From a virus, in IMG/VR virus record IMGVR_UViG_3300027872_000001: a stretch of DNA of 64,000 nt. One strand, written 5' to 3'. The position numbers and the translations under genes were made by a program. The notes beneath the pieces were generated by a model. The model did not search any database. It was not told the DNA's origin and saw nothing but the letters and a program-made list of their open reading frames with translations. This document shows, in pieces, positions 57,401 through 64,000 of this stretch (position 1 is its first letter; every line of letters begins with the position of its first letter).

Positions 57401-60400
57401 TGCTTGACGGTCGGAGTGATAGCGGCCTTCATTGCTTTGCCCCGCTGCACAGCACCTTGAAGTCGCCATTTGGTAACGGCTGACTTGGCTTCGTTGAAGG
57501 CGTCCGCGATCTTTGGGTTGTCCTTCAGGAACTCCTTAACAAACCATCTGTGGGTCTGAGGGGCTTTTCGAGCTGCTTCAATATCGGTTGTCAGTTCGAG
57601 TCGGATGAACTCAGCAAATCCTTCGCGCTTGTATCCACCCTCCGGGTGCTTGCTTTTGTATAAGTCCTTCCCCATTTTCACGAGTTCAGCCCGCACTACC
57701 GGAGGACGAGTTTCCCAATGGCTTTTTGATCCTCTGAGGTATCCGAATACTGCTTTATCAAGTGCATGGCCCATCTCATGGGCAGCAGTTGGAAGGTTGT
57801 TCGCAACTCTCAATCGAATGACTTCTGCTAAAACCTTGAAGATACCTCTGGCCTTCTTCCTAAACCTGTGTAAGCGGAACGGAACTGTTCGATCGGCCGC
57901 GGTGAGCACATTCTCGAAAGACTTAATGATCTCAGGTGCACCCATTGGCTTACCCTTATCCGTCAGTTGGTCTAGCATTTCCATTTCCATATCCCGTTCT
58001 GCATTGAATCCCAGGATTGGATCTTCCACATTCTGCTGAAAATCCGCTGGAAGCTGGTCTAAACCAAACCCTGTTGCAGACTCCGTTTTGAACGGGAACA
58101 ACACTTGTTCTGGTGATGCTGGAAGCACAGAAGCAATTCCTGGAGCACCACCACCCTCTGGAGAAGGAGGTAATGTTCCAGGTTCCGCTGTCTCTCCGGG
58201 CATGACATCGGGATCACCGTATGTAGCGGCCTCCGGACGTACATCTGGCTGCATGCCAGTCCTGTCTTTAACCGCTTTGTGGCGTTCGAGGAGTCGCCCG
58301 AGAGCGTTTGGACCTTCGACTGAATCAAGCGGAATGAAAAATCTCCGCTTGTAATCAATCTTTTCTGATTTCAAACCAAAGGTTTCCAGTTCCTCCTTGT
58401 TGTAATTTCTACCAGCATCCAGCTCCATGCGATCTTCTCTTTTAACCTTGGTCATGAGAAGTCGCCAACCGTTGTCCAGCTCGATCATCGACTTGTTGTT
58501 CAAGACCAAGTCGTAGATTTCCTGTGCTGTGGCATTACCTAACGGAGTACCGATGCCAAGTCTCTGCTTAAGCCCTCCTATTTCTCCGGGTTGGACCGCA
58601 ATACCAATGTGAGAGCTACCGTCGTCCAGAGTTGCTCGAACCACACCCAAGCGTCTGATCTGCTCGTCTCCCGTGACCTTGTCATAGATCGGGAAAATGG
58701 GTGCTGTTAGAAGGTGAACCGGTTTCTTTACGCTATCGGGGATCTCGGAGTATTCTTTGTTCCATTGTGTTTCAGCGGCTGCTTCCTCCAGTTGGGTGAA
58801 GTTCTGATCTTCCTCAAGTTGGTAAGCCTCGACCTCATGTGCATTTCCTGTAGGACTTGAGAGGAGGACCTGGGCCTGATAACCCTCTTTCCCGGCCTGA
58901 AGTGCTTGATGGCTCCATTTTGATTTCTCGGTTCTGTGAGCAACGTAGATCTTCTCGCTCCGCTTATTGACGTAATAGCCCATCGGCCTAGTCGTCATAG
59001 GACTGTCGCCAAAAGCCATCTTCGGTACGGGAAAGTCCCCTTCAAGCTCGATGAGAACAGTCTCAGCCTTGGATTCCGGGTGGGTATAAACAACTTCTGG
59101 CTTGCTTTTCAGCACAAGGCTAGTTGGACGACGGTTGCGCTCGTCGGTGACTGGTGTCACTCCAACGTCAAAGGTTCCATCTTGTTTCGCTATTTGAGAT
59201 ATGCGCTGATACTCGGCATAGAAATGTTCAAAGACACTGTTTTGAACATCAACGTGAAGGGCCATGATCCGATTGAGAAAGCGATTCACATCCGTTAAGT
59301 GCGCCCTTCTGAGCTTGCCATCGGCCGACGCAATTCCCATCCGCTGTAGGAGCTGCATCCCTGTCTTCACACCGTCAATGGCGTCCCTCTGTATCGCTCT
59401 GTAGGTCTCAGAAAGGGCCGCTTCTCCGTACTGGTCGGTAATGTCTTCGACTTCAAAGAGGCTTCCACCGAGCGTTTCCCGACCGCCCTTAGTTAAAGCA
59501 CCAAGGCTTGCCAGTCGTTTAGCTACGGTATTGATCAGGCGTTCTTGGCCGCGTAAGTTGGTCCTAAGTAACTTGATGATCGGAGCCTCAGCCTGAAAAG
59601 AACGATGCACTCGGCCAAAGGCTTGCATCTGTTGATCCGCGCTCCAACTGAGCTGCATCGCGTAGAAAACACGACGTTGTTGGTTCTTTGCGGTTTTGTC
59701 AGAGTGTAGAGAAATGCCCGTCGAAGCTGCGCCGGTGATGATGGCAATTCTCACGTCCTGATTTTGAAATCTGGCAGTCTCGTGTAAGTTGAGATCTTTG
59801 AAAGAGACACCCTTTATGCTTCGACGTTCGGGTTTACCGTTTACTATTCTGCGGGGACGACCGGAGATCTCTGCAATGTTGCTCACGCCGAAGTGATCGA
59901 CGATCTCATCCATAGGATTGACAGGAAGTTGGATATCAGAGACCTTGTCAATTAAGTCTTGTTGCTTCGCCAAGTTTTCTCTGTTGATGAGAGGTTCACC
60001 GTCCTGAAGAACCGGAACTGGACTCGTTCTCCCGGTCGCTGGATCGTACTTATCCTCGTATTGTTCGAGCGGGAATTGGCTCTCGATCAGTTGCACGATC
60101 ATTTCTCTGGGCGTGAGATCCAGATTCTCTGCATCTTCCCCTGCTGCTGTGGCTTTCGTGATCGCTCGATCCGTTTGAGCTTGATTGGTGTTATAGAGAC
60201 TGATCACCGTAGATCTTCCAGCTGCCAGATCCTTATCCGCAGCAGCAAGTAAATCAGGCAACTGATAACTCATCATGAGCTGGAGGAAAAACTGCTGCTG
60301 CCTGGCGTAGAACTGACTAAATGCAGTCCCGCCTTTTTTCTGACCGGCGTTTTCCTGTGCTTCCTCAAACGCTGTTAGGAGATCGTCCCACAGATCAGCC

Positions 60401-63400
60401 ATTTGGTTGTATTGTCCGACCTGGAGATCGTTGAGGTCATGGGTGATGGTCTCGTAATCAACGCCCTTATAACTGATTGACCGGCTAATGTAAGCACCGA
60501 TCGACTTCAGGTCTCGGGAAAGCATTTCCATGGCCCCGATACCACCCCGCGTCATGGCCCCGAGAAAGTCTATGAAGGTACTGAAAGGACCTCCAGCTCC
60601 CCATAGTCCAAGACGCTGCATGTAACCCATATTGCGCGGGACGGTAGCTCCTGTGGCGCTCACATAGACTATTTTGGCCTTGGGGAACGCTTCTTGTACG
60701 CTGAGTCCCATAGCCCCACGATCGGTCCCGGCCTTATCACTGACAGTCCCGCCATGCCCCGTACCGATAGCGTTCTTCATGGCATGAGCCTCATCGAAGA
60801 CAATGACACCGTCGAAATCTTTGCCTAGCCAGCTCTCTAGCTGCTTGTAACGGGCTTTTGTGCCTTTCCACCCATGCGCGAGTAGAGAATAAGTTGTGAA
60901 AAGCACCCCGTCTTCATCGGCGATCTGATCTTTTGTCTTAGTGATGCCATGATGGATCAGGTCCATTGGCACACCGACGCCTTTAAGATCTCTTTCGGCA
61001 TCGGCTCTTAATTGGTGAGAAACGGAGACCCAAACGGCCCTCTTTCGTCCCCGGTTGAAATTGTCGTAGATGATCCCGCCAACTTCTCTACCTTTCCCGA
61101 CCCCTGTTCCATCTCCGATCCAGTACCCAGGTGTTTTGCCATCAGCCATGGTCTGAGAATGCCTTTGCCCTGCGTAGGTGACAGCTTCCATCTGTACGTC
61201 GCTCAGTCTGCCTTCTTGGACTACTTCAGGTGGTAGGTTTGGAGTGTAGGTAACGTCTGGAGCTAGGACACTAGCCATCGTTGAACTCTCAACGATATCG
61301 GCAGGATGAGGTTGGGAACCTTCGAAGAGGGCTTTTTGAACGGTGTAGGCCGAGAAGACTTCTTCTTCTTCTACAGCGGATTGACGAGCTTCTTCAATGC
61401 GCGTTAAACCGGGAGATACAGGTCCAACTCGTCCAGCACCAGGACCACCAGGCTCGCCGCCCACGTCGCCAGGTCTTCTTCCTTCTCCGGTATCGGGCTG
61501 TCTTCCCGTAACATCAGCTTCTCCAACTCCCGCAACAGGACCTTCGGATTCCGGTTCCACACGGCCAGCCACCGGTCCCACTGTGCCGGTGACGGCTCCC
61601 CCGACCCCGGTGGGAGTTGGAGGGATGCGTTCTCGTCCCCCAGGGCCTCTGCCAGTAGCACCAGGAGAGGGTACTCCTTCGGGAGCGGGACTCGGCCGAA
61701 CTCCTCCTGGAGTAGCTGGAATGCCCGCTTGTTCTGCTGGTTTAGAAAGTCGCCCACTTATATCCTCTTTGGCTAAAGGTCCAAGGAGTTTGAGAGCCTC
61801 TTTGGGTGATAAGTCTTTCCCTAGTATAACATTATTGAGCTGATCTATGCGGGTATCGCCTGGAGTTGGACCCGTCTTGTCAATGACAATGATGTTGTTA
61901 TCAAAAGTAGTTCCATACTTCGCATAGTGCTTCCCACTGATCCCGATGTTGGCCCGAACAGTGTACTTACCTTCTATCTTTTTCCACCACTTCTGAAAGT
62001 TGGGCCTGTCGTGGGCCATTCCTTGCCCTACAATGGCCACCAGTCGACCGCCTTCATTTAGCCTAATCAACGCCTGTTCAACGTGCTTTGCGCCATGTAG
62101 CGTAGCGTGGCCCTTGGTTTTACCCCCTGTTGCGGAGAAGGGTGGGTTCATTACGATAACGTCAGGTTGGATTTTCGGGTCAAGAGTGCTGTTCAAAAGC
62201 TCTGCATCCACTTGTTCTGTTTTGAACCCTTGGTTTCTGAGGATCTGGGCCCGTCGATCGGTGAGTTCATTGACAGAAACATTGGCGCCGGCCAGTCGCA
62301 TTTGTACGGCGATATTTCCAGTTCCTGCCGATGGCTCTAACGCAGTCATTCCAGGCGTGATACCGGCTGCATAGGTAGCGGTAAAAGCCTGACCAGGAGG
62401 AGTGCTGAACTGTTGAAACTCCTCTTTCTCTGTAGTTCTATCTGTTTGCCTGGGTAATCGAGCGGTGATCTCCAGCAATCTGTCGTAGGTCCCCTCCGGA
62501 TCGTTGAAATCTACGATGGCGGGATCCGCTGCCTCGATCATCATATTGACACCGGCTTCGGCGGCATCCTGAGAATCACTTGGAGTGTATTTCCCTTCTC
62601 CCTTCTCTCCTCCAAATGCCTCGTTTGCGATCTCTGTGAGCCTGGGGTTGCCAATGGTTTCGCCAGCTGCCAGTTCGTCCTGGATGGTCTGAGCAATCAG
62701 CTGGTGAGGATTGAGTCCTTCCCCGGCTTCTAACTCAGCCTCCTCTTTCATGTCTTTTTCCAGTTCCCTAATAGCTCCTAATAACTCGGCTTCTCTTCCA
62801 GTAAGCCCCTTCAATCCGGTTTCCTCTGGCGTGGGAGCTATGGCTGCTGTCGGTTCCTGCCTAGAGACTTCGCTCACAGGGACGCTTGTGGCCCCTACTG
62901 CCCCCGTTGCAAGCGAGACCATCTCTACCCCTTCATCGTTAACGAAGGTATCCATCACATCGACTTCCTTGCCTTTGTAGATGACCGTCTCTCCCGTGGC
63001 GATAGGCAAAGGTGTTACGCCTAGAGGTGTCATACCAGGGATGGCCTCAACTTGAGGGGTTACTGGCTTTTTGGCTGCTGGCTTTTTGGCTGCTGGCTTG
63101 TCAGGCGTGGGAGCTATTGCAGTAGGTAAGACCTCTTCTACTGGCGGTGTCCCTCTCGCGGGGACCCCAAACCGTTCTGCAATTTCATCAACCTGTTTTC
63201 GGATAACCTTGGAGGCAACGATAGTCTTAGGAGGAAAAGGAATTTCAGTTCCAGCTCCATACCTCCAGTTCGTGTATTCCCCCGCCCATCGTTTCTGCTC
63301 GGGGGACCTTAAACCGTCGACGTATTCCGCGCTCGCCTGACGCGCCTGATCCAAGGGAACTGGAGGTGCTACGGCCTCTTCAGCCGGGGTAACCACAGAA

Positions 63401-64000
63401 GCCACCTCTGGGGCTACGGCTTCAGTGGGCGGAGCCTCCTTCTCGCGCTCTCTTTCAATCTGTTTTTCTTCCTCCGCCTTCACCCTCATTGCCCCGGCCG
63501 GTGGTTCTTTCGGTGGGGCAACACCTTCTTCTTCTGCCGGTGTTGGAGGTACGGCAGCGGGGGGAGCGGATGCAGCGGGTGGTATCGCTGGCGGTTGCTG
63601 GACTGTCTCGAAGGGTAAAGGCTTTTGAACCCCTGCGGCTTTTACCATCGCCTCTGTGCGAACTTTCTGTGAGGCTTCCGCGTAAGACTTATCGAAACGC
63701 TCCATGTTTCTATAGAATTTGTCCATCTCATCCTGGGTTTCGAATCCCATTTCCCTCATTCTTCGAATACCCATGGCGGACATCATCATGTTTGCAGCAA
63801 ACCCTAGTATTCCTCCAGCACCAGCTCCTTCTGAAACCCCTTCCCAATAATCTCTTTGCTCGTCAAAGGTCATCTTTGCTGTTATGTTCCCACCTAACTG
63901 CTGCACAAGCTCCTGCACGCCTTCTTCGATTGATCCAGCAAATCCGGATCGCAACATCCTGGTTGCATTTCCTCCGGTAGCCTTGTTGAACCTCGAGAAC
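54442..64000 (-). CDS. giant polyvalent protein: N6-adenine methyltransferase + Strawberry-notch-type SF2 helicase + zincin metallopeptidase + large uncharacterised C-terminal region (N-terminus possibly beyond the window)
   Basis: 3171 aa from the ATG at 63957, and the frame stays open to 64000. MTase motifs are EPSAGTGN (~62314..62337) and NPPF (62137..62148). Helicase motifs are P-loop GDGTGVGKGR (~61086..61115), FDEAHAMKN (~60781..60810) and QAFGRVHR (~59600). HEMGH is at 57757..57786. Linkers are Ala/Pro-rich. Confidence 0.9.
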   Translation of the reverse strand, partial: FSRFNKATGGNATRMLRSGFAGSIEEGVQELVQQLGGNITAKMTFDEQRDYWEGVSEGAGAGGILGFAANMMMSAMGIRRMREMGFETQDEMDKFYRNMERFDKSYAEASQKVRTEAMVKAAGVQKPLPFETVQQPPAIPPAASAPPAAVPPTPAEEEGVAPPKEPPAGAMRVKAEEEKQIEREREKEAPPTEAVAPEVASVVTPAEEAVAPPVPLDQARQASAEYVDGLRSPEQKRWAGEYTNWRYGAGTEIPFPPKTIVASKVIRKQVDEIAERFGVPARGTPPVEEVLPTAIAPTPDKPAAKKPAAKKPVTPQVEAIPGMTPLGVTPLPIATGETVIYKGKEVDVMDTFVNDEGVEMVSLATGAVGATSVPVSEVSRQEPTAAIAPTPEETGLKGLTGREAELLGAIRELEKDMKEEAELEAGEGLNPHQLIAQTIQDELAAGETIGNPRLTEIANEAFGGEKGEGKYTPSDSQDAAEAGVNMMIEAADPAIVDFNDPEGTYDRLLEITARLPRQTDRTTEKEEFQQFSTPPGQAFTATYAAGITPGMTALEPSAGTGNIAVQMRLAGANVSVNELTDRRAQILRNQGFKTEQVDAELLNSTLDPKIQPDVIVMNPPFSATGGKTKGHATLHGAKHVEQALIRLNEGGRLVAIVGQGMAHDRPNFQKWWKKIEGKYTVRANIGISGKHYAKYGTTFDNNIIVIDKTGPTPGDTRIDQLNNVILGKDLSPKEALKLLGPLAKEDISGRLSKPAEQAGIPATPGGVRPSPAPEGVPSPGATGRGPGGRERIPPTPTGVGGAVTGTVGPVAGRVEPESEGPVAGVGEADVTGRQPDTGEGRRPGDVGGEPGGPGAGRVGPVSPGLTRIEEARQSAVEEEEVFSAYTVQKALFEGSQPHPADIVESSTMASVLAPDVTYTPNLPPEVVQEGRLSDVQMEAVTYAGQRHSQTMADGKTPGYWIGDGTGVGKGREVGGIIYDNFNRGRKRAVWVSVSHQLRADAERDLKGVGVPMDLIHHGITKTKDQIADEDGVLFTTYSLLAHGWKGTKARYKQLESWLGKDFDGVIVFDEAHAMKNAIGTGHGGTVSDKAGTDRGAMGLSVQEAFPKAKIVYVSATGATVPRNMGYMQRLGLWGAGGPFSTFIDFLGAMTRGGIGAMEMLSRDLKSIGAYISRSISYKGVDYETITHDLNDLQVGQYNQMADLWDDLLTAFEEAQENAGQKKGGTAFSQFYARQQQFFLQLMMSYQLPDLLAAADKDLAAGRSTVISLYNTNQAQTDRAITKATAAGEDAENLDLTPREMIVQLIESQFPLEQYEDKYDPATGRTSPVPVLQDGEPLINRENLAKQQDLIDKVSDIQLPVNPMDEIVDHFGVSNIAEISGRPRRIVNGKPERRSIKGVSFKDLNLHETARFQNQDVRIAIITGAASTGISLHSDKTAKNQQRRVFYAMQLSWSADQQMQAFGRVHRSFQAEAPIIKLLRTNLRGQERLINTVAKRLASLGALTKGGRETLGGSLFEVEDITDQYGEAALSETYRAIQRDAIDGVKTGMQLLQRMGIASADGKLRRAHLTDVNRFLNRIMALHVDVQNSVFEHFYAEYQRISQIAKQDGTFDVGVTPVTDERNRRPTSLVLKSKPEVVYTHPESKAETVLIELEGDFPVPKMAFGDSPMTTRPMGYYVNKRSEKIYVAHRTEKSKWSHQALQAGKEGYQAQVLLSSPTGNAHEVEAYQLEEDQNFTQLEEAAAETQWNKEYSEIPDSVKKPVHLLTAPIFPIYDKVTGDEQIRRLGVVRATLDDGSSHIGIAVQPGEIGGLKQRLGIGTPLGNATAQEIYDLVLNNKSMIELDNGWRLLMTKVKREDRMELDAGRNYNKEELETFGLKSEKIDYKRRFFIPLDSVEGPNALGRLLERHKAVKDRTGMQPDVRPEAATYGDPDVMPGETAEPGTLPPSPEGGGAPGIASVLPASPEQVLFPFKTESATGFGLDQLPADFQQNVEDPILGFNAERDMEMEMLDQLTDKGKPMGAPEIIKSFENVLTAADRTVPFRLHRFRKKARGIFKVLAEVIRLRVANNLPTAAHEMGHALDKAVFGYLRGSKSHWETRPPVVRAELVKMGKDLYKSKHPEGGYKREGFAEFIRLELTTDIEAARKAPQTHRWFVKEFLKDNPKIADAFNEAKSAVTKWRLQGAVQRGKAMKAAITPTVKQRLLSILDLFSYQKWVEAGSAYEHLTSIATTLKGSGIAIEENPELTFHALRHTHTARAAYMVEDHMINIAGVPVGPSLEDAGALVKDQREEFTLYLWGRRAIERWKENKNPGISKNDAEFLVEHFETPEFQRAAQKVYEWNRGVLNYAVQGGLITQQALDKIIEGSQDYIPLARVLDDIDSGYVRRLRGGWSTGSITNRMRGSGRRIRDPFEVMIENATNIILKTHQRIIIDQILKLRHIEGMGHMIEEVDRGVVPVTISTAQVLGVLKQKGIEIGETAEDVLLKAEGFQKLESPEETLDSILTFFIPAQHPKGMDPIIPLVENGVVRWFQIDPELYASLSGLDVYRLPKGWDIVLGKPARLFRLGTTGLRASFAWVRNPARDLQTFFMQTASNANPAELAAAWTFQMQDIIRHGKQSEHYDLMRRLGAEVSQPLGIDIRFTRRAAKRLFRGRVMKVVTNPIDHLREIMQIPESATRTAELKLRAKEMGWKPGQPMSFAQSLQLLLDTKRVTVDFSAGGSVGQAVNQAVPFFNAQIQGTRLTLRTFKSKPKRTVIRGVMGLTSLTLALWWLNKDEEWYTDMPYWERFTYWNIDDGKHIWQIPRGFEWGTIFTAVPEAIWDAMYRQDPEAIIEVFGQWSEQVNPAALPVIPDVVLEQFANERFFTNSPIVPIGELNDPPGDQRGPYTSKLAGMLGDMFPNQASPRRIDHAIRGFFGGLGPDILDTLGLGVPSRRISLKELEGVPILSSLVRPGGREGRRSLAVDTFYEDLSREQRRFNGQKNKGESETTNQRHYRQVLEDAHDTIIMINHVQRALDPVKQKQKVSDFNVAKRHIARDAVDKKGIAPNPDEMLAYAAGRVNMELGDKYEAATDAAIEAQLVDEDPAAFWSKLKVIQEQPGPSMDIKNIAQRLDSLRMKISLLEAARAMPGVKNLEEINTQLNQLYWERNQSRFKATRSGARMQMEPIPVTPENIPVTPEVPTELPPTP

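Noticed and set aside
54442-64000. The giant ORF as an N4-like virion RNA polymerase
   Set aside because: The readable motifs are MTase (NPPF), Sbno-type helicase (GDGTGVGKGR/DEAH) and HEMGH. I saw no single-subunit RNAP-type motifs.

Overview
The window reads as a densely packed dsDNA phage or prophage-like segment, possibly a phage-plasmid. It uses the standard genetic code, and most genes are translationally coupled through ATGA/TAATG/GTGA overlaps. All calls come from reading the ORF track and sequence by eye; no searches were run.

Layout:
(1) 1-5.2 kb: leftward small genes, plus a tRNA-like element and an iteron/palindrome site.
(2) 5.3-6.0 kb: divergent non-coding control region with a GGTCT pentamer tract, a 10-bp-stem hairpin and a sigma70-like rightward promoter.
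(3) 6.0-19.8 kb: rightward block of about 40 small genes. It includes a PAPS-reductase-like PP-loop protein, a RadC-like JAB protein, a minimal ATP-dependent ligase-like protein, a Myb/SANT-like protein and a small serine recombinase.
(4) 19.9-64 kb: leftward super-block. It includes a sigma-region-4-like protein next to a 750-nt non-coding iteron hub, many small Cys-rich, membrane or Tat-signal proteins, RyR-domain, HAD, vWA and radical-SAM proteins, and YegP/DUF1508 proteins. It continues with a primase-helicase, an SF2 helicase, a TnpB-like protein whose RuvC triad looks substituted, an initiator-like tRNA-Met, and ParB-like, RuvC-like, Rad50/SbcC-like, Cas4-like and SSB-like proteins. It ends with a lysis cassette and a >3171-aa polyvalent methyltransferase / Strawberry-notch helicase / zincin protein that is still open at the right edge.

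The most unusual signal is a strand-locked 11-12 nt motif, GGGGA(A/G)TGTTAG in the sense of the leftward genes. I count 29 exact and 13 near copies, none in the opposite orientation, sitting at gene boundaries singly or in tandem arrays with 23-29 nt spacing. It is absent from the rightward block and from 48-64 kb. I read it as a phage-specific promoter or RNA-processing code. The second candidate is the phage-wired, apparently nuclease-dead TnpB-like gene next to a tRNA and a structured spacer.
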